Assembly (NCBI GenBank): GCA_001179505.1
Contig: CDMY01000022.1
Span: forward strand, 62,001-126,000
Length of the DNA: 64,000 nucleotides
Source of the DNA: Vitrella brassicaformis CCMP3155
Lineage: Eukaryota; Protista; Chromerida
Direction of reading: 5' to 3'
How positions within the stretch are numbered: position 1 is the first letter of the stretch; each line of letters begins with the position of its first letter. This document shows, in pieces, positions 51,240 through 63,000 of this stretch. The position numbers and the translations under genes are program-made. Below the pieces are notes generated by a model, which was given only the letters and a program-made list of their open reading frames with translations, was not told the DNA's origin and did not search any database.

Positions 51240-53263
51240 ACCGTCCCCCGAAGCCGGCTGTGTGCGTCTCCTTTCGGCACAGGCCCTCCAAATCCTTCAA
51301 ACTCCAGACACACGACATCCACGCATCATCCATGCATTCGCTGTCTCAACTTGTGGGTTGCCTGACTGGTTTACCGTTCTGACGTCAGCGAGCATAGCGC
51401 AGCCGGGAGCTGAGCGCGCAGTGCTTTCTCCAAGCAACCTGATGGACACACGACACAAACACACAGATCCATTCACGCGCTGGTTGGTCTATGTGTGTGT
51501 GTGTTGGGTGTGGTGTGCCTTGAGGGCATTGCATCGCTTCTTGATGACATCAGTATTGCTGCACATACACAACACACAGCACACCCATTGCTGCCTGTCG
51601 ATCTGCCTCTCCCTGTGTGTGTGTGTGAACCGTCCATCTGCCGAGGTCATTGTGGCCGACATGTCGAGCAGTGACTTTTCGTGCTGGTCACGCTGCTCGG
51701 CATGCACACGATCACGATCCTGATCCATCCATCCATCCATGCATGGCCGCCTGCCTGTGTGTCTGTATGTCTGTGTGTCTGAGCGACGTGCCTGCAGTTG
51801 CTGTGCGTGTTGCTACTCGCGTGTTCGCATGTCGGCGTCTCTCTGCTTGATGTCGTCGCGGCAGCGAGACACCTCCACACACACCGACTCATACCTGCAC
51901 ACACATTGTGGTCTCTCATACAAACGCGACACACACGTCTTTACTTGGCGTGTGTGTGGTTGAGTTGCTGTTTGGTGTGGGTGAGCTGCGCCGCGAGTGT
52001 GGACTCGGCCTCACGCACACGCATCAGCTCGTCAGACAACTCACTCACCTACACGGAGAGAGAGAGAGAGAGAGGTCAATGGCTGCATCTGCCCGGTGTC
52101 TCTCTCTGTCTGTCTGTGTGTGACCTTCTTGTTGTGTTGCTGCTGGAGTGCATTGATTTGTGCGTCGTGTTGTTTGTTGAGGGTGGCAATCTGTCGGTCC
52201 ATCTGGGTGAGCTGATCGTGGAGGGCCGCTGATGTCTCCATGAAGCTCTTCTCGTGCGCCTCATTTCTCTCGTCCACTGACGTGCGACCACGCTTGCGCC
52301 ACACTGACATCCACACACACAGGCACACAGAGAGAAAGAGAAAGAGAGGTGTGAGTAAGCAACCAGTGCAGTGTGTCGGTCTGTGTCAATGGCGTGCCTT
52401 TGTCTTTGTCTTGTATGATTGCGAGCAGCTCTTGCCGCCCCTCGCCCTCCCGTATCTGCTTGTCGTCGTCCACCGCCGTGCGACCACGCTTGCGCGACAC
52501 TGACGGACGAGTGAAATGAGACGGCATCAGACGAGAGAGACACACAGTGGTGGTCCTTGTGGTGTGTGTGTCTTTTGTACCTTGTTGTTGCTGTGAGTTG
52601 TTGTGTGTGTGTCGCCGCACCATGGAGCCCTCGCTGGTTGAAGCGCTACTCAGCAAGCCGCTCTCCTGCAACCTGAAGACAGAGAATGACACGGCAATCT
52701 GTGTGTGTGTGTGTGGCAGTGACTCACAGCTCGATTATGCAATGTGCGATTTCCTCGTCCTGCCCGATCATCGCAGCCAAACTCACACGCGTCACCTGCA
52801 CACACACACACACACACACAGATGGACGGCTGGACGGTGTGTCTGTGTGCTCACATAGCGGATGTCGCTGTCGAGCAGCCTCTTGGCGGCCGTCGTCAGA
52901 AGCGCCTCAGCCACATCTAAGTGTGCACACACACGCGTCCAATGACACAGGTGAGTGTGGTGTGCGCTGGATCTCTCTGTGTCACGTCTGCCATACCAGC
53001 GGCCTCGACCTTGAGTGTCATCTGGTGGTGTTGAGTGTCGATGCCGCCACAGGCGCACTCGAGCGGAACTTCGTTGTAGTGAGCCGACGGGTTTGATGGG
53101 TTGCCACGCTCGGGGCGGAAGTGCCTTGAATCGTACGTGGCAGACACGCGCTCGTCGTAGTACCTGCACTCAGTGCAGGCAACATGCCAGCGAGACAGAC
53201 AGTGAGGCGGATGGTCAGTGGTCACTGTATCCGATGGACGAGAGCTGCTTACATCATCTTCAT
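51240..53263 (-). CDS. Coiled-coil hypothetical gene, copy A (multi-exon; possibly decaying; 3' end unresolved)
   Basis: MKMM|YYDERVSATYDS...TLKVEAA|DVAEALLTTAAKRLLDSDIRY|VTRVSLAAMIGQDEEIAHCIIEL|RLQESG...; later heptad exons AHEKSFMETSAALHDQLTQMDRQIATLNKQHDAQINALQQQHNKK and ELSDELMRVREAESTLAAQL. Confidence 0.5.
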
Positions 53264-53350
53264 CGTAAGCAGACACACACACACACACACACATGGGTGA
53301 TGCGCAAACAGCCTCTGTGTCTATCTGTGTCTGTGTGTGGGTAGGCTTAC

Positions 53351-55156
53351 ATCGACTTTGACGACTTCTCCCTGGCGCCAGGTGCCCTGGAGGGTGTGGC
53401 CCGTGGCCAGCTTCAGGATGCCGCTGTGGAGTGGGTGGTGGGCAGCACATCACATCACATCACACCACATCACAAAGCGGTAGGGTAGGGAGTGGGTGGG
53501 TGCATTCACTCACGGGTCCCTCCTTGCGGCCGTTAGCCCACTCGCCCTCATAGACGGTGCTGTCATCCTGCACACCCAGACACACACATCGGTGGTCGAT
53601 CGATGCGACATCAGTAAGTAGAGCTGTCAGACGAGCATCCATCCGTACCGCGCATGAGAAGTATCCCTGTCCGTGCCGTTTGTCGTCCTGCCACTGGCCC
53701 TCGTAGCGGTTGCCGTTCTGGTACGTGAACACGCCGGTCCCACACGCGCGGTCGTCCATCCACTGACCTGGGGATCGTCATACACCGTCACACACACAAG
53801 GGCATCCATATGCACGTGGTTTCACACACAAGGGAGGAGACCCCGCCACCCATCAACCAACCCACCCTTGAATCTATCTCCGTTTGCGTAGAGCAGCTCG
53901 CCATCGCCATGTTTCTGACACACGCACACCACAGAGGAAAGGGAAACCACAGATTGTCCGTCCGTCAACGGATGGTGGTGTCGGTTCGGTTGGTGTTGCT
54001 TGCCTCACCTTGGCGTCCACCCAGTCGCCGACGTATTTGTCTCCGCGCGTGTAGGTCAGCGTCCCCTTGCCGTGGACCTGCACATACAACAAACACAACC
54101 AGACACAATCAGGCCAGACAGTGGTTTGTGGGTAGTGAATGGGTGGCTGTGTGTGTGTGTGTGTTGGTGTGTGTGTTGGTGTGTGTGTTGGTGTGACCTT
54201 ATCGCACTTCCAGTAGCCCTCGTACTTCTCGCCATTCTGGTAGGTCAGCGTGCCGTAGCTGATGGCATGGAAGTGGGTGGGCACCACACAAAGACACACA
54301 CACAGAGAGAGAGAAATGGGGACGGTGTGTGTTCGTTGCCTTTTGTGTGTGCGCGTGGTCACCTACCCCTCCTTCATGTCGTTGACCCACTCGCCCTCGT
54401 AGACGTTGCCGTTGGGGAACATGTAGGTGCCTTTGCCGTGCATCTTGCCGTCCATCCAGTCGCCCTGGTACACCCCCCCGTCGGCGTACACGTACTTGCC
54501 GTGGCCGTGCATCTTGCCGTTGACCCAGTCGCCCTCGTACTTCTCCACCACGTTGCCCTTGGCGCTCACGTACGTCACCGTGCCCTTGCCGTGGCGCTTG
54601 TCGTCGCGCCACTCGCCGTGGTACACGTCACCCTCGGCGTAGCGGTACGTCCCCCGGCCGTGCATCTTGCCGTCCACCCAGTCGCCCTCGTACTCGTCGC
54701 CATTCTGGTAGGTCAGCTTGCCCTCGCCGTTGATGCGGCCGTTCTCCCACTGCCCCTCGTAGCGGTTGCCGCTCGCAAACAGCGCCGTGCCGTGGCCGTG
54801 GATGCGGTCATCGACCCACTGGCCCTCGAACACCGCACCGTCCGCGTAGCTAAACGTGCCCTGGCCCTCGCGCTTGCCGAACACGAACTCGCCCTCATAC
54901 TTCTCGTTGCCTGCACACACAGACCGACCCACCACACGCACACACACATACAACGGCACGTGGGTGGATGCATCAGTGGGTCGGTCCTCTCCCAGCCAGT
55001 GTGAGAGACCTACCCTGGTAGATGAGGGTGCCGCGGCCGTGGAAGAGACTGCAATGGCCACACAGAACGACAGAGAGCGTTTTGCGGTGGCCACTGGCGT
55101 CTGCTGTGCCTGCCTCACCCGTCCTTGATCTGGCCATGGTACGCGTTCCTAACGGC
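53351..55156 (-). CDS. MORN1: MORN1 (apicomplexan basal-complex MORN-repeat protein) copy 1; 5' end in gap, terminal exon not found
   Basis: NAYHGQIKDGLFHGRGTLIYQGNEKYEGEFVFGKREG...YVSAKGNVVEKYEGDWVNGKMHGHG...GILKLATGHTLQGTWRQGEVVKVD closely matches my recollection of Toxoplasma MORN1. No exon for the expected C-terminal FxFxxDSPW motif follows the donor at 53350. Confidence 0.85.
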
Positions 55157-55455
55157 NNNNNNNNNNNNNNNNNNNNNNNNNNNNNNNNNNNNNNNNNNNN
55201 NNNNNNNNNNNNNNNNNNNNNNNNNNNNNNNNNNNNNNNNNNNNNNNNNNNNNNNNNNNNNNNNNNNNNNNNNNNNNNNNNNNNNNNNNNNNNNNNNNNN
55301 NNNNNNNNNNNNNNNNNNNNNNNNNNNNNNNNNNNNNNNNNNNNNNNNNNNNNNNNNNNNNNNNNNNNNNNNNNNNNNNNNNNNNNNNNNNNNNNNNNNN
55401 NNNNNNNNNNNNNNNNNNNNNNNNNNNNNNNNNNNNNNNNNNNNNNNNNNNNNNN
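55157..55455. other. Assembly gap (N run)
   Basis: About 300 N. Confidence 1.
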
Positions 55456-57196
55456 NTAGGGAGTGGGTGGGTGCATTCACTCACGGGTCCCTCCTTGCGG
55501 CCGTTAGCCCACTCGCCCTCATAGACGGTGCTGTCATCCTGCACACCCAGACACACACATCGGTGGTCGATCGATGCGACATCAGTAAGTAGAGCTGTCA
55601 GACGAGCATCCATCCGTACCGCGCATGAGAAGTATCCCTGTCCGTGCCGTTTGTCGTCCTGCCACTGGCCCTCGTAGCGGTTGCCGTTCTGGTACGTGAA
55701 CACGCCGGTCCCACACGCGCGGTCGTCCATCCACTGACCTGGTGGTCGTCATACACCGTCACACACACAAGGGCATCCATACGTAAGCACGTGGCTTCAC
55801 ACACGAGGGAGGAGACCCCGCCACCCACCCAGCCACCCACCCAGCCACCCACCCTTGAATCTATCTCCGTTTGCGTACAGCAGCTCGCCATCGCCATGTC
55901 TCTGACACACGCAAACCACAGAGGAAAGGGAAACCACACACAGATTGTCCGTCCGTCAACGGCTGGTGGTGTCGGTGCGGTTGGTCTTGCTTTGCTTGCC
56001 TCACTCACCTTGGCGTCCACCCAGTCGCCGACGTATTTGTCTCCGCGCGTGTAGGTCAGCGTCCCCTTGCCGTGGACCTACACATAACACACAACCAGAC
56101 ACAATCAGTACAGACAGATGGCTTGTGGGTACTGAGTGAGTGGGTGGCTGTGTGCGTGCGTGTGTGTGTGTGTTGGTGTGACCTTATCGCACTTCCAGTA
56201 GCCCTCGTACTTCTCGCCGTTCTGGTAGGTCAGCGTGCCGTAGCTGATAGCATGTAAGTGGGTGGGCATCACACAAAGACACACACACAGAGAGAGAAAA
56301 ATGGGGACGGTGTATTGTGTTCGTTGCCTTTTGTGTGTGTGGGTGGTCACTCACCCCTCCTTCATGTCGTTGACCCACGCTCTCGTAGACGTTGCCGTTG
56401 GGGAACATGTAGGTGCCCTTGCCGTGCATCTTGCCGTCCATCCAGTCGCCCTGGTACACCCCTCCTTCGGCGTACACGTACTTGCCGTGGCCGTGCCTCT
56501 TGCCGTTGACCCAGTCGCCCTCGTACTTCTCAACCACGTTGCCCTTGGCGCTCACGTACGTCACCGTGCCCTTGCCGTGCCGCTTGTCGTCGCGCCACTC
56601 GCCGTGGTACACGTCACCCTCGGCGTAGCGGTACGTCCCCCGGCCGTGCATCTTGCCGTCCACCCAGTCGCCCTCGTACTCGTCGCCATTCTGGTAGGTC
56701 AGCTTGCCCTCGTCGTTGATGCGGCCGTTCTCCCACTGCCCCTCGTAGCGGTTGCCGCTCGCAAACAGCGCCGTGCCGTGGCCGTGGATGCGGTCATCGA
56801 CCCACTGGCCCTCGAACACCGCACCGTCCGCGTAGCTAAACGTGCCCTGGCCCTCGCGCTTGCCAAAGACGAACTCGCCCTCATACTTCTCGTTGCCTGC
56901 ACACACACACACATACAACGGCACGTGGGTGGATGCATCAGTGGGTCGGTCCTCTCCCAGCCAGTGTGAGAGACCTACCCTGGTAGATGAGGGTGCCGCG
57001 GCCGTGGAAGAGACTGCCATGGCCACACAGAACGACAGAGAGCGTTTTGCGGTGGGCACCGGGCCAGCGTCTGCTGTGCCTGCCTCACCCGTCCTTGATC
57101 TGGCCATGGTACGCGTTCCTAACGGCGCAGGAGATGAGGCATTTGGGGTGCGTGTGAGCCGACTGTGTGTGTCCGTGAGCCTCACCCGGCCTCCAT
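55456..57196 (-). pseudogene. MORN1: MORN1 copy 2, frameshifted
   Basis: Same exon structure as copy 1 with first exon ATG GAG GCC GG at 57196. A 2-nt deletion near 56379 (gagagcgtgggtc vs gagggcgagtgggtc) shifts the frame. Substitutions G>D and M>R; intron-1 polypyrimidine tract deleted relative to copy 3. Confidence 0.85.
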
Positions 57197-57607
57197 CTCG
57201 AATCAGCCGAGCCCACGCGAGAGGGGTGCGAGAAAACCTGAAAAAGACAAAGAAAACGACGAGAGAAGGCAAAGATGTGATGCGGAGGGCGTTCTGCTGC
57301 GTCATCTGTGGCACGGCACGGCACGGCATGTGTGTGCGTCCGCCATTTCATCATCCACATGTGTGTTCGTGATCCGTTACAGTTCGATTGCGTAGTTTGG
57401 CTGTCCTGCTCCTCACACAGCATTCAGACACATCGGCCGGGCGATGTGTCCTCACATTCGATCTACTGTTTTGTGGGCGGCGCCACACCGAAAACCCTCG
57501 AGTGTCTCCTTGCTTGTCTGTGTCAGTCATTGGTTTGTGTCTCATTGCTCGCCATCCCTGCATTCAATTGATAGTTCTCGTCATGGCGCATCTATCGCCG
57601 GCACCAG

Positions 57608-58106
57608 CTAAAAATGAGGCGGATCAACTCGACCGCTCAGTTTGTAGTGGTCCTCGGGGAAGAGATTGCGGATGTAGGCGATGCTCGAGAGGCTGGCGCG
57701 GAGAGCATTACGGATCACTGAACGAAAGATAAAGATTAGACAACACATGTACAGGCGTGAGTGACCACGTGTGCGTGTGGCCGGGTGATTGTGTGGTGAG
57801 TGATTGTGTGCCGACGGCATAGCGATTGCGTGCCGCTGATAGTGGATGCTCTCCGCGATAGGGACTGCATAGTGAGCACTGACACACAGACAGGCTGGCA
57901 GGCAGGCAGGCAGACAGGCACACAACGGTATGTGCCTTGAACCATCAGTGACGACATGATTGGTTCTGTGTGTGAGGAGAGCTGGAATGCTAGTCGAGGC
58001 ACGTGAATGAGAGTGGATGTGTGAATGACTGACTGACTGACACATCATGGCCATGAATGAAGCCTGATGGTGGCGACTTCTGCTGGGTGGCCTGAGCCGT
58101 TGCCAT
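57608..58106 (-). pseudogene. HOP1: 5' fragment of a meiotic HORMA-domain gene (HOP1/HORMAD-like): exons 58106-58044, 57864-57816, 57717-57634
   Basis: Spliced: MATAQATQQKSPPSGFIHGHD|SLSRRASTISGTQSLC|LIRNALRASLSSIAYIRNLFPEDHYK, matching the Hop1/ASY1/HORMAD helix A motif. No further HORMA exons; read-through stop at 57608. Confidence 0.7.
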
Positions 58107-58379
58107 TTGCACTCTTTCAATGCGACGCGACAAGAGAAGAAAGCCAATCAATCAATCAATCAATCGATCACTTATCACTGATCACTGAATGAATCGTTGC
58201 TCTTTGCAAAATCGATCTCATTAATGCGTAAGCGACACTGACGTATGCGACTAATCTAACGAATTCCCGATCGATCGTCCGTTGGTTGACCCAGCCTCCG
58301 TGTGTCTGTCTGTCTGTCTCTGTTCGTCACTTGTCTGTCTTCAGTCCATGGACGCTGGGCACTCCTTCGAACGAACGCT

Positions 58380-59084
58380 CACGTGTCGAGCTGGCTCTTG
58401 GGTGAGACACCTCCACACACACCGACTCATACCTGCACACACATACTTCCTCGTGCTGTGCTGCTCTCACACAAACACGACACACACGTCTTTACTTGGC
58501 GTGTGTGTGGTTGAGTTGCTGTTTGGTGTGGGTGAGCTGCGCCGCGAGTGTGGACTCGGCCTCACGCACACGCATCAGCTCGTCAGACAACTCACTCACC
58601 TACACGGACAGAGAGAGAGAGAGAGAGGTCAATGGCTGCATCTGCCCGGTGTCTCTCTCTGTCTGTCTGTGTGTGACCTTCTTGTTGTGTTGCTGCTGGA
58701 GTGCATTGATTTGTGCGTCGTGTTGTTTGTTGAGGGTGGCAATCTGTCGGTCCATCTGGGTGAGCTGATCGTGGAGGGCCGCTGATGTCTCGATGAAGCT
58801 CTTCTCGTGCGCCTCCACGGCATCCGCCCGACCAGCCAACGAACACAACACACCCAACTCTGCAGACACACACAAACACGCACACACAGAGAGAGGTGTG
58901 AGTAAGCAACCAGTGCAGTGTGTGTGTGTGTCAATGGCGTGCCTTTGTCTTTGTCTTGTATGATGGCGAGTAGATCTTTGTGGCGCCCCTCCCCCTCCCG
59001 GATCTGCTTCTGCAGATCGCACCGACGGCGGGCGGCGATGAACGAGGCGTGCAGCTCGTCCACCTCTCGCAGCACACCCGACGC
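58380..59084 (-). pseudogene. Coiled-coil hypothetical gene, copy B (partial; 5' end in gap)
   Basis: Near-identical to ~51865-52475 (AHEKSFIETSAALHDQLTQMDRQ..., ELSDELMRVREAES..., KQIREGEGR...LLAIIQDKDK) but with different exon starts and a divergent 3' end. Confidence 0.6.
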
Positions 59085-59384
59085 NNNNNNNNNNNNNNNN
59101 NNNNNNNNNNNNNNNNNNNNNNNNNNNNNNNNNNNNNNNNNNNNNNNNNNNNNNNNNNNNNNNNNNNNNNNNNNNNNNNNNNNNNNNNNNNNNNNNNNNN
59201 NNNNNNNNNNNNNNNNNNNNNNNNNNNNNNNNNNNNNNNNNNNNNNNNNNNNNNNNNNNNNNNNNNNNNNNNNNNNNNNNNNNNNNNNNNNNNNNNNNNN
59301 NNNNNNNNNNNNNNNNNNNNNNNNNNNNNNNNNNNNNNNNNNNNNNNNNNNNNNNNNNNNNNNNNNNNNNNNNNNNNNNNNNNN
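59085..59384. other. Assembly gap (N run)
   Basis: 300 N. Confidence 1.
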
Positions 59385-59833
59385 GGATGCGGTCATCGAC
59401 CCACTGGCCCTCGAACACCGCACCGTCCGCGTAGCTAAACGTGCCCTGGCCCTCGCGCTTGCCGAACACGAACTCGCCCTCATACTTCTCGTTGCCTGCA
59501 CACACAGACCGACCCACCACACGCACACACACATACAACGGCACGTGGGTGGATGCATCAGTGGGTCGGTCCTCTCCCAGCCAGTGTGAGAGACCTACCC
59601 TGGTAGATGAGGGTGCCGCGGCCGTGGAAGAGACTGCAATGGCCACACAGAACGACAGAGAGCGTTTTGCGGTGGCCACTGGCGTCTGCTGTGCCTGCCT
59701 CACCCGTCCTTGATCTGGCCATGGTACGCGTTCCTAACGGCAGAAGAGGAAAACACGGAGGGCGCAAGAGATGAGGCATTTGGGGTGCGTGTGAGCCGAC
59801 TGTGTGTGTCCGTGAGCCTTACCCGGCCTCCAT
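59385..59833 (-). CDS. MORN1: MORN1 copy 3, 5' part only (ATG at 59833)
   Basis: MEAG|NAYHGQIKDG|LFHGRGTLIYQG|NEKYEGEF.... Positions 59385-59741 appear identical to 54800-55156 of copy 1. Confidence 0.8.
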
Positions 59834-60079
59834 CTCGAATCAGCCGAGCCCACGCGAGAGGGGTGCGAGAAAACCTGAAAAAGGCAAAGAAAACGACGAG
59901 AGAAGGCAACGATGTGCCGTGGTGAGCGTTCTGCTGCGTCATCTGTGGCACGGCACGGCACAGCATGTGCGCGTGTGCGCCATATCATCATCCACATGTG
60001 TGTTCGTGATCCGTTACAGTTCGATTGCGTAGTTTGGCTGTCCTGCTCCTCACACAGCATTCAGACACATCGGCCGGGC

Positions 60080-63000
60080 ACGTCCACGCCCACTTTTGCT
60101 AACACAGAGTGCCCATTCGCGATCCAAGTACTGTTTGACAGGACCCCGCAACCCTTTGAGTTTTCCGATCTGAAAACGAAAGTCTTGGCGGCAACTCGTT
60201 GGCGAGTACGGCGACTCAGCTGGCTCCCATCGCTGCTCAGACGCATCAAGCGCAGCGGCCCGGCCTTCAAACAACTTTCTGAGCCCCCAATCAAGCTCAA
60301 CGGCCGTTGTGAATCGGAGCAGGATGATTATCTCAGCAGTATCACGGAAGGCCCGAAAGGCCGAGTGTCAGGAGAGGCGCAGCAAGTTGAAGTCCTCGAC
60401 ACGGACACAGGCCGACAACAACGAGGAGATCGATGACAAAGAGGCAATAGTTAGCGAAGAGGATGACCCGAGCTTTCCAAGACGGCAGACGGAGCCGCAG
60501 AGGAGAGCCTCGGAGGGTTCCCTGCCTGGCTCGGCAATACCGCAAGTCAGCAGGAGCCAGGGGCCGTCCCTAAGGAACAATCTGGACAAAGAGTCGGCGT
60601 GGAAGGCTGACAAGAGGCACGATGATGACTCCGGCCCCTTCGTGGGTATGCCAGCTTTGCCTGGAGCCACAGTCGACAAGGTTTCTATGGTGCCGGCCCT
60701 CCCTCCGCTGCCCAATGCTGGCAACAGGAGGAGACAGTCCACTTGCATTTCTTCTATGAGCAAGCTGCAGGGGCGGCGCATATCCGTCGAGCTATCTCGC
60801 GAACACCGAGAGATGCATGCCCGCAAAGAGCAGCACAGTGCTCGCGAAGCTGTCTCGCCGGCGGCCCGCCCACTCTCGAAGCGAAACAAAACCGTCGACG
60901 TCTTGGAGCTCGGCTCTTCTCCGCGAGACGTCCTTCTCGAGAGGACGTCTCCGGCGATATCGAGCCTCCACCCATTCCCAGCATCGAAGTCCATCGCGAC
61001 TGCGTCAGGACTGAAGAAGAGTACTTCAGGACCCCAGCAGAAGACAAGGAGCCTCCCGGACCGAGACGGAAACGCTGGTCCGCCAGTGGCCGTGCGAGCG
61101 TTGTCGGCATATCTCAATCCGAGGCGGTTGTGATCCCCATTCGGGCGGCAGCCAGGTCGAGGCGTTCCGGCTCTGTGGCGGCGAGCATCCGGGGTGTGTT
61201 TGGCGGCAATATGCCCGCTGCAGGCCATGCAGACAAGGATGGCCGGGGACAGAGGCGAAAGAGCTCGGTCTTCACGTTCCTTATTGGGCGGCTGGGGCTG
61301 CAAACACTCAGGGCATGAGCAAGGCCGAGATATCCATGAAGAGGTGAGAAGGAGGTGACTGGCTGGCCGATGAATAGATGGATGCTTTTTCTCCGTTCTG
61401 CGTGGCATGCGTTGCCCACGAGTGCAGTGTGGTGAACATCGTGAAGCAGATTGAGAGTCAAGTGACGATGCGGTCCATCGCCGAGGCGAAATCCGGCAAC
61501 TACTGCGCCAGGCTCTTCTACACATTCTTCACGTACGTATACCTACGTCCATGTGTAGCACACCAGCAACCATCCACCATCCGTGTCTCTCTGCATCAGG
61601 CGGTTTGACCCTTGGCTGGAAGAAGAATATCAAGGTGGATCGATCACCGCATTGTCATGGCTTGCCGCCCTTGTCTCATTTGGCCTGTCTGTGCATCTCT
61701 GTCTTGGGTTCCGTCAGACTATAAGAATGACTACACCCGCTACATTCTGTCGATCTTCCTGCTGGTGTTCCTATTGCTCTTCCCTGTACGCATGAATGCA
61801 CACAGACCGGCACAGCCAACTGAGCTCTCTCCCCCCCCCCCCCTCTCTCTCTCTCTCTCTCATGACTCTGCCCGTGTGTGTGCACAGGTGATCAATCTCT
61901 ACCGTTATTTTTTCGTCGCGGGCATCACGGAACGTGTGCTGCTATTTTTCCTCATCTTTGAGGTGCCAAGTCGGCCGATGTGCTACACTGTGCTGTCTGC
62001 AATGCTAGTGGATGGGTGCAGATCTTCATCTTTTGTCTGAGCCTGACCTTTACATTGCTCACGTCAACCTTCCCCTACCTGCAGAGGTACGTCGACCTCT
62101 TCGTCATCGCCATCGCCGCCGCATTCACCACCTACTCATCATTCACTCGCTCACGGGTTAACGTCCTATTCGAGTACGCGGGTCACACGAGCGTCGAGGA
62201 CATCAGGTGCGTGCCCAGTGGGGGCGCGCCGAGCGAAGAGGTGGCGAGCATATGCGAGGTGTTTCTCACCATTGTGGCCACGGGCGTGCTGGTGCCTCTC
62301 GACCCGCTGCACTACTTCATCTTTTGTCTGTACACTCCATCGGTGTACACGATCCTGTGCGAGGTGCTGGGGCACATGCTCTTCACCAACGAGGAGCTGC
62401 TCGACCTCCCAAAGGACAGCAGCCTTCAGGGGGGCATGGGATTGCCCTGCTCTACCAAACTCCTGCCGATACTCCTCGTCACATTCCAAATCGTGAGCTG
62501 AATGAATCAATGCAATGCACGAACAAAGCCAGCGAGACACGTAGGATGAATGGGGCACGCTCTGTCTGCCGCTCCCTCAGGTGATCGTCGAGTTTTTCTT
62601 GCTCGTGAGGCACGGCACGCACGCCCGTCTTTGCATATGTCTCCCAATCCCTGTGTGCTGTATCCTTGCTGTGTGCCGTGTCTGCAGCTGTCAGGGCGCC
62701 GCAACGACATCGAACGTACTCATGCAGATCACATGCGTTCAGGGCATTTAGCTACGGTGAAACTGACAGTGACTCTTATGTCATGTTGATTGCAGGTCAT
62801 ATGCAGTATCTGCAGCTCAAGACGAACAAGTCTCTGATGCGCAACCTCCTGGTGGAGCTTTCCACCAACCAAAAACCGCAACACGAGGCGCTGGGCACGT
62901 CGAGGCTAGAAGACACCGTCGGCTCACTGAAAAAGGTACGCAGATGCACACTCAGGCAAACTGCCTTCCGTATGTACGTGGCTGCGTTGGGTGTGTCTAT

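Noticed and set aside
52792-53351. In-frame MORN1-coiled-coil fusion via the acceptor at 53163
   Set aside because: Normal splicing of the next 80-nt intron creates a TGA. The frame survives only with intron retention, so it is not claimed as a gene.
54360-56900. Regularly spaced short repeats that could look like a CRISPR array
   Set aside because: They are MORN codon repeats (YEGEW..GK.HG.G) in a eukaryotic gene; there are no unique spacers or cas genes.
61131-61318. TGA codons in the multi-TM gene as selenocysteine or readthrough sites
   Set aside because: The coding-like frame changes at these points, which fits indels, and no SECIS-like evidence was seen.
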